Part shown: positions 11,840-25,654 of the stretch, in pieces
How positions within the stretch are numbered: position 1 is the first letter of the stretch
Layout: each line of letters opens with the position of its first letter
Assembly (NCBI RefSeq): GCF_006345805.1
Contig: NC_042997.1
Span: 70,928,001-70,992,000, forward strand
DNA length: 64,000 nt
Reading direction: 5' to 3'
Source: Octopus sinensis
Lineage: Eukaryota
Made by a program: the position numbers and the translations under genes
The notes under the pieces: generated by a model
What the model was told of the DNA's origin: nothing
The model's input: only the letters and a program-made list of their open reading frames with translations
Database searches by the model: none

Positions 11840-13290
11840 TAAACTTCCACATAAGTGGTAAACAAGTTATAGGTCAAAAATTTGATGCCAAGTTCCTATC
11901 AAGTTCCTATACTTGAGGTATAGCAGCGTTCGTCCACTTGTCATGCAGGCAGAGACGTGGTCTTGCTGCAGGCAGTCATCCAGTTGCGCAACGATTATCC
12001 AATAGCCTTATACTCCGTCCGGGCCCGGCCCTTTCCAATTTGATATTTTACAAAACCTCTGTCTCACTGTATATAGATTAACTGTGACGTTTTTTTGTCT
12101 TGGTACAGTTGCAAGTTGTTTTTCCAGCTTTGTTAGCCAGTCCGCGCTGTCTTTATGTCTCACTGGCCTATACCACAGCCCTCCCTGCAACTGGAATCAG
12201 GTCCTGGTGTTGACCTACCTCAAAAAGACGCTCTCTATGTTATTGGAACTGTCTGCTCTGTTTGAAACTTATGCATCTAACATTATATATTTTGAATTTG
12301 GCCTTCAATGTTGTCACTTTTTGTGTCAATTCTTTATGTGCTATTTGGTTTCACCCCTTTCTAACCTGTACTGTCCATTCAATTTTCTGATTATTACCTT
12401 ATTTTTGAGCCTTCTCATTATCCTATTCAATTGTCACTATTCTTTTCGTGTCTTTTCCAGCTTCATTCGTATTATCTTCCACCAGTTTGGTTTTTCTTTT
12501 CATTTCCTTTTATATCTTCAGTTTTTCTCTTGTAGTCTGCTATATTACATTAGCAGCAGCTATGATTATTTGGCTTATTTCACTGATGTTTTCTGTTTTA
12601 ATCAAGCTTAAAATTTCATTTACTTTGCCTGTTACTCTCCTCGCATTTCTTTCCGTCCATTTGATGGTACTTCATTGTATCCTTCAAACATTTTACCTCG
12701 CAACCTTTCAAAAATCTCAATCTCTTTATTATTCAAGTCCTGTGCTGTACTTACTGTTACTTGTACAACTAGAAAGTCTTCATTAGTCCCTTTATTAGTA
12801 TTCTCTCATACTCTGCAATTTCCACCTTTTCCATGTTCTTCATCCCTTACCCCTTCATAACCGCTTTCTCCTACTACTGTCTCACTTTCCTTCTGCTTTT
12901 TTTAAATCTTTCTCTGAATTCCTTCAATCTCTACTACCGTAATCCAATCGTTCCTTGGTCTATCAGTTGCTGGCCGGATGCTTCAACACCTCCTTTTTCG
13001 TCCCATATTCTTTTCATTTGATTCATGAAGCCTCTTTTATTTGGCTCACTTCTTAGTCAGCATTGTATTACTATTTTGTTTACATCTTTTCCCCATTTCA
13101 ATCTTTTTCTTTTGTACTTTTGATTGTGATTTTAGTCTAGATCAATAACTAGCTTGATGACAACCTCCCAGATCTTAATCAGATACTCCCTGCCTGCCGT
13201 GTGCCACACCTTCACTGTTAACAGCTGCAGTCCAGTTAGCGCAGTTCTGGTTATTATTTAATTTTGACATCACTCATTTAGAGGTAGCAA
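11840..13290 (-). mobile_element. R4/Dong-type LINE, N-terminal region to RT domain 1, degraded
   Basis: RIWDEKG N-terminal motif; KISNWKGPGPDGV; PITCLPLMWKFMT. Confidence 0.8.
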
Positions 13291-13310
13291 TTGTTAGTTT
13301 GTGCAGACAT

Positions 13311-13541
13311 CGGCGAGCTGGCAGAAACGTTAGCACGCTGGACGAAATGCTTAGCGGTATTTCGTCTGCCATTTACGTTCTGAGTTCAAATTCCGCCGAG
13401 GTCGACTTTGCCTTTCATCCTTTCGGGGTCGATAAAATAAGTACCCCTTGTGCTCCGGGGTCGATGTAATCGGCTTAATCCGTCTGTCTGTCCTTGTTTG
13501 TCCCCTCTGTGTTTAGCCCCTTGTGGGTAGTAAAGAAATAG
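13311..13541 (+). mobile_element. tRNA-derived SINE family B, full length
   Basis: ggcgagctggcagaaacgttagcacg..B-box-like gagttcaaattcc..ctttcggggtcgataaaataagtacc..tail cccttgtgggtagtaaagaaata. Confidence 0.85.
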
Positions 13542-13544
13542 GTA

Positions 13545-13945
13545 TTGTTATCGTGGCGCCATCACTAGTGGGGTTGCTAGCAAAGGGTCCCAGAGTCCAC
13601 ACCTAATCTGGTATACACTGTTTCTTGTGTCTGTCTCGTTCACTCCATTGTTTTTTATCTTTGTATTTGACATTTTCATCATAGGAATATTGGTGTTGCG
13701 GTAACACAACCATCGGTGTTTTTATTGAGACACCTTCTCTAGAGGAGTTGCCTATCTCCACCCATGAGATAGACTTAACCCCTCTAGACTCCAACTGGTA
13801 TTTCTAGGTCACTGCTTGGGCTTACAGGTACAGCACTTTGCCCAACGGTGAGCTCATGGTAATTGTGGTTAAGAGTAACCTTGTTCTTCCCATGTTGTGA
13901 CGCCACAACCGAATGTAGTTTCATTTCATACCCAAGGCTTATTAC
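13545..13945 (-). mobile_element. Possible 5' UTR of the 11840-13290 Dong element, separated from it by a SINE insertion
   Basis: Complex non-coding sequence between the SINE and a compound trinucleotide tract. Assigned by position only. Confidence 0.3.
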
Positions 13946-14008
13946 TATTATTGTTGTTGTTGCTATCATCACCACCACCACCACCACCACCACCACCAAC
14001 ACCAACAC

Positions 14009-14051
<43 letters not shown>

Positions 14052-14994
14052 AGCAGCATCATCATCATTTATATGTAAAATTAATGTAAAAAAAAAGGAA
14101 ACCAGATCTTAATTTCTGAGAACTGAATTAACTTCTTCCTCAGTGAAAAAGAGGATAACTTTAGTGCATTATTTTACAACAAATGTCGACATTTTATGAA
14201 GAGGATTTGAGTAAAATATCAGGAATCTGACAATTTTATGACTCAGGAGGTAATTGAGTGTCATAGATGATGGACGGATTCATTATAGATGCGGCAGTTA
14301 CGTTAAATATGTGATGGTATTCCAAATAAAATAAATGCTGTAATGTTATTAATAGTCATTTAACAGTGGTGTAGTAACTTTTTAAATTATGAGAGTTTTA
14401 TGGAGGATGTAGAAATTAGTAGAGTTTTATGTCGTGCCAAAATTGTTAACTATCACGTGGCCACATCAGAATAGCAGCAATGTAATCTCTACTTCGAAAT
14501 CTTTCTATAGAAAATAAATATTTTTTCCACATAGTTTCAGACTCTCGTTAGTCTTCAACAAACTAACAGTTTTGTTTACAGATACACTAGTTTGTTATGC
14601 ATAGTGTAGAGGAAACTATCAGATTTATAGAGGAAGGAAACTGGCTGTTCGTTATAAGACGTTCATCATACCCTCAAGGAGAAGGTGGAATAAAATTGAT
14701 TCGCAAAAGGAGGTCGTTTAAAGCTTCACTTCCACACACAACGCCATGCAAGAGTAGGTCATGAATGTAAGTTTCTTTTTTATTAGTTACACCGTTTCTA
14801 TACTTTTACGAAAATCATCTTCAGTTAGTGGCTATTGCAGTATCCGAAATAGATGTGATGAGAATTCTTCGGAATTGATATATTATAAAGGAAAAAATGG
14901 TTTTAATAAACCGACTAATTTTGAATAGAATTTTGTATGCCTACGTATATATATACGCATAGATGCGTAACACACACACACGCACACACACACA

Positions 14995-15065
<71 letters not shown>

Positions 15066-15609
15066 TTATATATATATATATGTACGCTGTTACGTGGGTG
15101 GTGAAATGTGTGGATTGGAAGATCTTATCACGATACTTGAAATAAAAAGATTCTGAAAAATAAATTGTGTTGGGATGGTATTGGAGGTTTTGATTCTTAT
15201 AAAATCCGAGACTTGACAAAATCTCCGCCCTAATAGAAATCCACGAAGAGCAGGTAATAATGGAATTAAGAAGGCCTCAATGCTACAACAGATCAGCGCA
15301 AAACTTTCTGCTCTCATCAGCAGCAGATGACATTTGAAAGGAATCCTCCTGTACTGCCAACAACACAACTTTAAACACCTGCAACAACAGAAGCAACCAA
15401 AATACAAAGACCAACACCATCTAAAGCAATAGCATGAAACCGTGGCAACAGTGATTGCAGCACTAGTTATGAGACTGGAAGCAGTATCTACTGCAACAAA
15501 AGTAGCAACACAACAATGAAAGTAATAGCAACAAGAACCATAGAAACACCGCTCCCAAAATTCGCCACATCATCAACAACATTAACTGAATGTCACTGCA
15601 ACACATTTT

Positions 15610-18090
15610 TGCCTTTATCAGATTTGTTCTAACGTTTTATTTCTGACCGGCTATAATTTGCATTTCGTTCTCTCGTTTCAAGTTCCCTTCCGTCAACCAG
15701 AACCAGAGATATTTGCTTCCAACATTTTTGGTTTGTTGCATGAATAGGCCGTGTACTTCCATTTCTTTCCATTTGCTTGTTACGTTGTTCTTCCACCTCT
15801 TTTTGAATTCTCCTACTGTTTTAGCCACCAAGTATTGCAGTATTAACAATGTTTTCTACGTTTAGTAATCCTCTTCTTCCTTCCTTTCTTAGTAGGTAGA
15901 GTCAGGTGATATTGGGTGGAGTGCATTGTGCATTGTGAGCAGAATTCCAGCTCTATTCAAATTCTGTAGTTCGACTTCGGACCATTTCAGAAAAGGAGCA
16001 GAGTATCTCAGTACTCGCATAGGCCATGTATTTATGATTTTAATGATGCTCTTTCCGATTAATTTTCTTTCGAGCGCCTCTCTAATTCTCCCTAATTCTT
16101 CTCTAGTACTCTTTATTGTAGTAACTTTATTTCTCATTTCTCTTCTCATTATACTATCGCCTCGCAGCATTCCTAGATATTTGTAGCCCTCATTATTCCC
16201 CAGCGGTCTAAAGATTTTGCCTTGTGATAACTTTATGACATCAGAATTTAACTTACAGCCTCTCTTTATGATCAGTACTGCGCACTTACGTACCCCCATT
16301 TTAATATCTTTACTCTCACTGTCTATATCAAAGAATTTAGCTCTGTCTCATTTTTTTGTATAAAGATTGATGTCATCCATATAAAGTAGGTAATTTATTC
16401 TCATTTTGAATTATGTAAACTCATAGCAGGTCTCAATTTTCTCAGTATACTTGTCAGATATTTTAGTGCAACGTCTAAGAATAATGGAGAGAGCGAGTCT
16501 CCTTGGAAAATGCCCCTCAGTATTTTCACGTTGCCTAATGATTCATTTCCACTTATCAAATCTTCTCATATTGCTTTCTCCAAAAAGTTATTTATTTTCT
16601 CATTCACTCCAAGCTTCCTTATACACACCAAGAGCCAATTGTGTGGGACTTTGTCGTAGGCCTTCTTGTAATCCAACAGCCAAATTTTTCCTCCTTATTA
16701 GTACCTCATTTTATAATCTATCTGTAAATAGCAGTTCCGATTGATTTCTTCCAATATTTTTTTCTCTGACAACAGATTCTCCTTTCCCAGAAAATTATAT
16801 TCTTCATCTGCTATGAGGTCAGTTAAAAGTTTCCAAGAAAATGGTAAGCAAGTAATGGGTTTATAATTGCTGACATCTCCACTTTATTCTTGGAACTTCT
16901 GTGACAGTACTACCCTTCCTTTAGTCATCCATGTTGGTATTCTATTTTCCAAGGAGTTAGTAAAATAGCAGTCGTATATAACTGGGTATACAAGGGATAT
17001 TCTTGAACCAGAAGCCCTTGACACTATCTGGTCTGGGTGCTTCTCAGTTTAGTCTTTTCTTGATCACCGCTTTGACGTTCTTACCCATAATTCTTATTTT
17101 TCCTTGTGTCATTCCAGCTTCCATTTCTCTTTTAAATTCTCGCCAATACTCTGTTTTTATATTATGTTCCCTTTTTTCTTTGCTCCAGATTTCTACCCAG
17201 AATTTCCTTGCTACTTTAGTATCTGGCGTATCAATTATCTCATGTTCCTCTTCATCGTTCAGTTGTTTATAAAATTTCCTTGTGCTTGAAGAGTATGTTC
17301 TACTGGTACTGATTTGTTCTCAATTGTTATCTGATTTTTAAAAAAACTCTTCTATTACTATTCTTTCCTATGGTTGTTGCATTATTTGACTTTGCCCTTT
17401 GTTTAACTTTCATTTTAACCCGAATATTTTACACAGGGACAGAGGCTGTGTAAAAGAGAAGGTCATTTATATCTCTTACGTTTTCGTTCTAGATTTTCAC
17501 AAACAGTTCGTCCATCTTTTCTGCTTCTTTATATAGTTTTCGTCTTTCGATTTTTTTTAGGGCTCTTACTTTCGCTATTTCCAGCCTTATTCAGGTGGAG
17601 TAGGGATCTCTTTTCTTCCTCTGTAACTGTCTTTCCCTCCTTAATGTATAATTTACCTTCATTCGAGCAACTGTTTCTTTTGTGAGATTTTATTGGTTTC
17701 TGTGCTAATCCTTTTACTTGTTCTGCTTTTATTTTCTTCGTGTTTAGAGTAGTCACGTTCACACTTGTTCACTAGATCTCCTCTAGTTGCAACTAGGATA
17801 ACCACTGCTTTCACGATTAAAATTGTTTGGTGCAGAATTGTTCCGTGAGAAGGAATAGATCTTTCTCTGTTCAAACTTTATGCATTCTTTTCAGGTATCC
17901 CATTTTAAGAGACTTGCTTCTGTAATCGCATTCCATTACTGTTCTATTGCCGTTTTGAGTTCATTTTCTCCTAATCTTTTATCAGTGGATCATTTACTGT
18001 GTGAAGACCTTCATTCGAGTTCCAGGTTTCATAAAAGCAGATGTGACGAATTTTATTTGCCATTACCCTCCTTCGGAAGACTGTAGTATT
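15610..18090 (-). mobile_element. R4/Dong-type LINE with RT, degraded, RLE end missing
   Basis: N*EAPRPD; NYKPITCLPFSWKLLT; KAYDKVPHNW; RGIFQGDSLSPL; YMDD at 16372-16383; KCAVL..YKYLG; VHGLF..WFWL.EGNLK. Confidence 0.88.
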
Positions 18091-18369
18091 GAGGCGTCAC
18101 AACTACCAGTGGTTTCTTTTATAGAGACAACCAAGGCTAATGTACATTTTTCCTAGTGTGGTAGATTTATTCCCATGAAAATATTTTCTGTTTTTTTTTG
18201 TTCTGTAGATAAAATAAGTACCAGTTGAACATTGGGGTCGATGTAATCGACTCATCCCCTGTCCCCAAAATTGCTACTCTTATGGCAACATTTCAAACCA
18301 TTATTATTATTGTTTGTTTCTTTGCACAGCTTCTTAACGCTGAAGTTATACTACGGTGTCAGCTGTTCA

Positions 18370-18722
18370 CTATCAGGAGAGTAGTTCATGCCATTAAAAT
18401 GACACTGGGATGAGATATACAAAGCCCAGTATGCCCATTATGACTACCCGTCGGATAAGGGTACACCAGACACATGCATCAGAGCCATATATGCATATGA
18501 TCTCACATCAAGAGACACAACGCATGGCCATGCAGGTGGGGATCAGCTTAAAAGGTCTCTGAATAAGGGTTGTTTAAGGAAGTTGGACAAAACAGCCATG
18601 TTTCCGGAGGTGAATTATCCAAAACCCAAATAATTCCTCTCAACACATGGCTATGATCCTTCCCCACTACTTCTGATTGTGATCAGAGATGCACATATTG
18701 ACAGCCACTAAGGGACATGAGC
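18370..18722. repeat. Repeat family X copy, opposite orientation
   Basis: catgccattaaaatgacactggg..gataagggtacaccag..cagccactaagggacatg. Confidence 0.8.
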
Positions 18723-19010
18723 TGACAGAATTGCTACTGTGCCGGACGAAAGGCTTAGCGTGATTTCTTTCGGCTTTAAGTTCCGAGTACAAATTCTTCC
18801 AGGCTGGGCATTGCCATTCATTCTTTCCGGGTCCTAACAATAAATGTCAGTTGAACACTGGGTTCATGTAAGTGGCAAGTTGAGGTCTACAATGCTTTTC
18901 AGCCTTTCGAAATCGATAAAATAATGTACTACCCAAGTATTTCATCAATATAATCGACTAAACCTTGCCCCTCAAAATGTCTAGCCCCTGTGACTAAATA
19001 AGAAACGATT
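18720..19010 (+). mobile_element. SINE family B, diverged
   Basis: gctgacagaattgcta..gcttagcg..cagcctttcgaaatcgataaaataa. Confidence 0.55.
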
Positions 19011-19313
19011 ACTATTATTTTTATGTTGTTCGTATTTACGCCTCGTACAGTTTCGAAAATATTTTATCTAATGTGTCCCTCCACCTTTTAGCCAGTTGAA
19101 GGTGATTTGAGTGAGATTTGGTCCCCATTACTAGATGTTCGAAATACGACGTTAATACAATTTTTTAGTCATGTTATTTATTGAAGTATTTGTGTATTTG
19201 CATAATTGTTGAGGTTGTTGTTTGATGATGAATGAATATTTGTCACAAAATGTATCGAAAACATTAGAATTTGTTCTGGAAAAAATTATAAAAGTGATGA
19301 CATAAATACTCAC

Positions 19314-19555
19314 CTATAATAATCTTCCTTGCAGTAGAGGTTGCCGTTACGGGCGAAGCATGTTAAATAAGAATCGAGCCTCAACTTGCACTCACAGCAT
19401 TTAAGACAAGAGGCATGCCACTGGCGCTCAGCAACCATCATATAATAGCGGTCCATTATACGCTTGCCGCAACTAGCGCATAGCCACATGCGAGAAGGAG
19501 ATTCCAAAGAATCTGCCCGAAGATCTTTTGGACTGTCCGACATTCTGAACTGATC
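19314..19555 (-). CDS. Lhx2/9: Internal coding exon of an Lhx2/9 (apterous-type) LIM-homeobox gene; encodes LIM domain 1
   Basis: Translates to DQFRMSDSPKDLRADSLESPSRMWLCASCGKRIMDRYYMMVAERQWHASCLKCCECKLRLDSYLTCFARNGNLYCKEDYY(R). LIM Cys/His spacing is complete, and DRYY, QWH, CLKCCECKL, LTCF and YCKEDYYR are Lhx2/9-diagnostic. Acceptor ttttttgtttcag| ends at 19556 (phase 0); donor AG|GTGAGT at 19313-19308 (phase 2, inside the Arg codon, as I recall for vertebrate Lhx2). Length 242 = 80 codons + 2. Confidence 0.93.
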
Positions 19556-20399
19556 CTGAAACAAAAAATCATTACTAGAAATAACAAAGGGTCAAACGAA
19601 TGGCGAAAAACAACTTAACTAGAATTATTATTTACACCAAGTCTCAAAATTACTTGTTATCTTTCAGTTACAAGCTGAAGTAAAGTCGATTGAACATGAT
19701 ATCTAACTACAACAAATGTCATAACATCATTACTATGTGTATTTATTTCGTCAAACATTCAAACTCGTGACGTTCCACTTTGCGCACTCTCTTTACAGTA
19801 TCCCGAAACAGTATGATGTGTGCTGAACTAGTTGGATAAAAAGGAACTTAACACTTTTACAAAAATGAAATTTCAGGTAACAGCATCTGGTCCAACATTC
19901 CCCGATGCAAACCAATTTAAGCAGATAATAAATGTAGTTTTACCTCCAAATTTATGTATTTAAAATTAACTTCTCATCAGACAGTTTCTAGTTGACTAAC
20001 TATATGAGCAAATTTGACTTTTCTCTCCGATTTAATGAATAATATTTAATTTATAATGAACATAATCTAATCAATTATTGTTCTTGTTATATTCAACCCC
20101 AGTATTTTTGTTGTCTTGCTTGAAAATATTACTAAATTTTCTTCAAATCACACACAGTCTATAAAAACGGAATGAGACATGATTGAACGTAGAATCCCCT
20201 CATTCATACATTTATATGAGGTCTACATTGTTTTGATTGTACTATTATCCGCGTCTCCAATGTGAAAGTATTTGTGTGTATATACTTGCATATTAGTATC
20301 TGATTTTGCATGAGAGTGTATGCATACATGTGCATACACCTTTGGGTCTTTGACCAACCAATACCAGCAGACAAAACATCCGTTGATTTTACAATATTG

Positions 20400-20578
20400 A
20401 TTTCAAATATTGGCACAAGGTGAGAAGTCGATTGTATCGACTCCAGTACTCAACTAGTACTTATCTTATCAACTCGAAAGGATAAAAGATAATGTCGATC
20501 TCGGCGGAATTTGATCCTATAACATGAAGATGGTCGAATTTCACCCGGCATGCTAACGATTCTGCCAGATCGCTACCT
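20400..20578 (-). mobile_element. SINE family B, diverged
   Basis: Reverse complement of ggtagcgatctggcagaatcgttagcatgccgg... Confidence 0.65.
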
Positions 20579-21041
20579 TTAAAGAGAAAAGTGGCTTGCG
20601 AGCCGTGAGAAACAATTGATCCATGTACCTCTTAAATTTTGATTAAGCGATCTGTATCATTAAGCGAAATAACCCGCGACAATCGATTATACAGTATTGA
20701 TACTAGTACTTACGAACCAACAAATGAGCCTCAACACATAACCCTACCTGCAAGATATAGCAATCAAATTTTTTTCATATCCTACTTAACTGTTTTGAAA
20801 AACAAATGCAAATAATGCAGTCGTGGTCATACAAAAATAATAAAGCAAAGAACTGGTTTGACATGTTTAGGAAGCCTTTGCTTATAAATCTGATCAATTA
20901 TTGCGGACGTGGTGCTAACCAACTAAGCAACAAAGCAAACAACAATAACTGTAAATATTTGCATGTAAACAAGCTATGTATAAAAAAGACCGTATATTGA
21001 TATGTGTACATATATGTATATGATTGTATGTATGCATATAT

Positions 21042-21430
21042 ATTCTCTTTTTACTTGTTTCAGTCGTATGACTGTGGCCATGCTGGAGTACCGCCTTTAG
21101 TCAAACAAATCGACCCCAGGACATATTCTTTGTAAGCCTAGTACTTATTCTATCGGTCTGTTTTGCCAAACCGCTAAGTTACGAGGTAGTAAACATACCA
21201 GCATCGGTTGTCAAGCGATGTTGGGGGGACAAACACGGACACACACACATGCATATATATACATATATACGATGGGCTTCTTTCAGTTTCCGTCTACCAA
21301 ATCCACTCACAAGGCTTTGGTTGGCTCGAAGCTATAGAAGACACTTGCCCAAGGTACCACGCAGTGGGACTGAACCTGGAACCATGTGGTTCGTAAGCAA
21401 GGTACTTACCACACAGCCAATCCTACACCT
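21042..21430 (-). mobile_element. SINE family A, full length
   Basis: Same head and tail; short internal CA/TA tract. Confidence 0.85.
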
Positions 21431-21579
21431 ATATATATATATATATATACGTATGTATGTATATATATATATATATGTGCGTGTGTGTGTGCATGCATGT
21501 GTGTGCGTGTGTGTGTGTGTGCGTGCGTGTGTGTGCGTATGTGTGTGTGGGTGTGTGCGTGTGTGTCTCTGTGTACGTC

Positions 21580-22005
21580 GCATGTAGGGCAGTGTTGTGC
21601 TTCCAAACTATATGCTCTCTTGTTCAGTCCCACTCTATAGCTTCTTGGGTGAGTACCTTCTAGTATGACCCCGGATTGATCAAAGTCATGTGAGTGCATT
21701 TGGCAGACTGACACTGAAAGAAACACACACACACATACACACACACATACACACACACACACATACACACAGACACACATATACATGCATACATTTATGT
21801 ATATATGAGTGTGTTTTTTTCTGTTTCCGTTAGTTTCTCTCCACCGCTTGTTATGCGTTGTTGGTGTTTACGTCCTCGTAAACTAGCTGTTCGGCAAAAG
21901 AAACCGATAGAATAAGTACAGGGACCAAATTGTCCCTATAAACACTTCAAGGCACATCCCTGCATGGCAGCCAAATGACTGAAGCAAGTAATAAGATAAT
22001 AAAAG
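21580..22005 (+). mobile_element. SINE family A, diverged
   Basis: Head remnant, (CA)n, then tail ending gcatggcagccaaatgactgaagcaagtaataaga. Confidence 0.65.
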
Positions 22006-22077
22006 GAATACAAAACACACACATTCATGTTCGCGCGCGTGTAATATATTTATAGATAGATAGATAAATAGATAGAC

Positions 22078-22116
<39 letters not shown>

Positions 22117-22932
22117 AAGGTAGACTGTGAACCACGGGTGACACAATATATTATGCGATAGACCGAAACCTTATTCTTCAGCCATCTGCAACACTGACAG
22201 CTTGCTGATTCCTCGATGTAGATATTTATATTTTGACAGCATGTTTGTTATTTTTAATGAGGTGTTTCTTTGTTGTTTTATCTTTTAATGAGCTATGTTT
22301 TCTATGATTGTTTCCGGATTGGCAACATTGTATTGTATGTTGCTCTCCTTTATGCTTTGTGTATACAACAGCTTGTTTACATGTGACACCAACTTATCGT
22401 TGTAGTCAACCGTAAATACACTGCCTATGTCGACGAATACATAGCAAAATTTTCTCTTTTATTAAGTAGATGTATCAATTACATGAGGTTCTTTGAACAT
22501 TTCGTTGTTGCTTGAGCCGTCGTTTTTTTTACAGGATGTTTGTGCATGTTTACAAGTAACCGGACGATAACATGCATACTTAATTAGGCATTACCGGATA
22601 TTGCGTCACTTTTCGAATGAAACTATGCACGATATTGGTATAGAAATTATTGCTAGGGTTTTATATTTGTATATAAAAACATCACTTACTATCCGTGAAA
22701 TTTATGAATTAAAGGTGAAACTTAAATGGCCCTCTCCACTACAAGCTTTAATCCCTGCAATAATCGATTATTTTGCAGAAGAACTACGATTTTTCAAGCT
22801 ATTTAGTGCTACAGATTCTATTTTTTAATTATCTCCTGTTATTGTTGCCGTTTCACATCATTCCATTGACAATGGAACATGGGGAATTACGTTCTAACAC
22901 TTTTAAATAGTTTCCTCTGTCCAGTGCTATAA

Positions 22933-22963
<31 letters not shown>

Positions 22964-23505
22964 CATACATACATACATACATACATACATACATACATTG
23001 TACACCACATGCGCGCGCACACTCACACGCATACCCTCACACACACCCTCACACACTCACGCATGTATGTGCACCATGCGTGCACACATACATGTATGTA
23101 TGTATGTGCAGATTTGTATGCTTTTGAATGTAACCTCATGCATGTAGTTGCATAACTAGACATGCTCATATATATTTAAATGATAAACTTCTCGAAAGTT
23201 TTACAGATTTTTACTGTTCCATTGATGGATTGGATCCGAAATCTTCGAATTAGCTTTCTCCTTTTTGGTTTCGAGAAGATTGGTATTTAAGCAGTATGTT
23301 ACAAATCTCAGGGCCCCAATAATTACAGGTACAAACCTAGACTTGTAAACTGGATAGAGTAACAAAAGATTTCTCAATAGTTCAGCATAGGTATTCTAAT
23401 TTTCACTGATCTTCAGCTTTATGTTAACATCCGCTGAGCAGCTAATTTCTATAACTGTGCACAGTTTGTCCTCTATCACAAATCATTATATCAGGTTTGT
23501 TGTGC

Positions 23506-23700
23506 TTACATTTTATTGAGGTCTTCACTGGCACATTCCACTACTATTCCTTTCTTATTATGAGTGGCCAGGGCTTCTACCGTATTGTGGATTCTTATTT
23601 CTTTGTACTCGGTATTATCCTTCCGACATATTTCATTATAGAGTGGCTTAGCTACATCATGTCTCATCGGTAGATAACCCGTTATGACATTCTCGGACAA
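23506..23700 (-). mobile_element. RLE-type LINE fragment (CCHC-RLE linker)
   Basis: YLPMRHDVAKPLYNEICRKDN resembles the RHD motif that follows the CCHC finger in R4/NeSL-like elements. Confidence 0.45.
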
Positions 23701-24199
23701 TTGCTTATGTATGTATGCATGTATGTATGTATGTATGTATGTATGTATGTATGTATTATGCGAGTGCGTGAGCAAACAAACAGAAAACAGAAATAGCACT
23801 CCTCTCAACACATATAGCTGGAGTTAAAGTTTCCTGGCAGTGAAAGCACAATCATCTGCTCTGATATTCGGAAACAGATTGAAGAAAAGGAAAATGGCTC
23901 TTTATTCCAAAGATTACCTTACCCGCATTGGTTACTGTGATGACATTAGCTGAATGTCACTTACTATATCAGAGTGCGTGCATGGTGCTTGACGTGTATG
24001 TGATTGGTGGGTCAGCTGGATCGGTGAGTTACCAAATGCGGAGAAGTAATCTCTGTACAGACAGCTTACCTTGTATAACAGATTACAGAAAGACGATAGC
24101 CTCTATACGAGCTGGAAAACGTACCACCGAAGAAGCTGACACAGATCAATTAGAAGGCGGAAAGTGTAATTAAATTTATGCACTGAACATTTTCCGTGA

Positions 24200-24830
24200 G
24201 CCGTCGCATAGTACATCCGTGAAAAGATTCTTATCCAAATCACCCAGATGACATCCTTCGTTGACAGGCATTGAAAACTTTATTAGAACTTGATTAACAT
24301 CATCAAAAAAGGTAAGATTGCGGCATCATCCGAGCTCATTTCAATATACCTTGAACAATGACATGAAACACTTCAAACATTAGTTTTTATTCTTCCTGGT
24401 TGACCAAACAAAGGACATTTATGAAACAAATATCTCTACCCACAAAGACTCCTTTTTAACAACATAGAAGAAAACCAGCATCACAAAGTACAGCAACAAA
24501 AATACGGAGACGAAAAAGTAGTCATCCTCACTAAGGTAGTTGTTTTTTCTCATCGCCTCGCCACTCGCCTGTCCATATCACGATTAAGGCTCACAAGGTA
24601 ACTTTCCCTCTAAACCTAGATGCAGGTTAATTAGTGCATCAAAGACTTAGAGAGACATTGTATTCTCGATGACGTCAACTCTGACATAAGAAGGGCCACA
24701 GGGTTGATACAATAGGCTTGCTTCATCGCTCTCATTCAATGTTTCCGCGGTATCGAGAACAAAGCAGTTTCAAACTCCTTTCAATTCGACATCGTAGATT
24801 TTTACCTCTTTGATATCGAAACTCCGTCTC
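24200..24830 (+). mobile_element. Degraded Penelope-like RT fragment (second family)
   Basis: ITIKAHKVTFP near 24590; FRGIENK..FQFDIVDFY near 24740-24810 (PLE RT domains 1-3). Confidence 0.6.
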
Positions 24831-24849
24831 TTGAAGGACATATGTCTAA

Positions 24850-25020
24850 GTGCTTAGCGGCATTTCGTCTGTCTTTACATTCTATGTTCTAATTCCGTCG
24901 AGGTCATTGTGTGCCTTTTACCCTACGGGGTCGATAAAATAAGTACCAGCTGGTCAATAATCGACTTACCTCGTACCCAGCACTTTTTGGCCATGTGCCA
25001 AAATTTGAAGCCAGTATGTA
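24850..25020 (+). mobile_element. SINE family B, 5'-truncated
   Basis: tgcttagcggcatttcgtc..ggggtcgataaaataagtaccag. Confidence 0.7.
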
Positions 25021-25654
25021 AAACAGTGTAACTGTTGTTGCTGGGTATCACAAAAACAACGTCAATCGAAGTGACCAATGGCATGAGGACTGTTGTTTTA
25101 ACTGGAGACTGGCAAGTTATATTAGATCTTGGTATTTTGTTAGACAGAGCCAATCTAGAACATCTCAAAATGAGTACTAAGTCAAATATGGGGTCAAAGA
25201 GTAATAATTGCTAATATGTTTTTAACATCGTCAACGTTGATATTTCTTCTTTAAGTTTCAATATGAAATTATCGAAAGAGTAAAACGAAAATTTAAAACT
25301 TTACAAAATAGATAAAAAAGTAGTTTTTGAAAATGGTGATCGATTTAGTGACGGTGTTAATATTATCGGTGATTGTGTGAATACGTTGAAAGTAAACGAT
25401 AGTTTTCTCATAATGGTAGGTTTCATAATGACCTATATATAAAAAAATTTGATATTGATATCGGCACAGAGATTTAAGATTTAAAGGCGAAGGTATGAGT
25501 GCATGGATAACGAATGTGCTTTGCAAGCCTGCAGTTTAGGGATTGATTTCTATTTACGGTTCTCTTAATATTCAATCCATTACTATTCCTTCTGGTTGCC
25601 AGTGGAATTTGTTTAAAGATCGTAGTGAATATGAAATTATTTATTATATGCCCT

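Noticed and set aside
12084-12860. Long hydrophobic + strand ORFs (175, 112 and 61 aa)
   Set aside because: Antisense shadows of the A-rich minus-strand Dong element; the same holds for the minus-strand ORFs over 45-58 kb.
13860-13945. HDV-like ribozyme at the putative Dong 5' end
   Set aside because: gccttg/caaggt could form P1, but I could not place P3/L3, P1.1 or the catalytic C in the required order.
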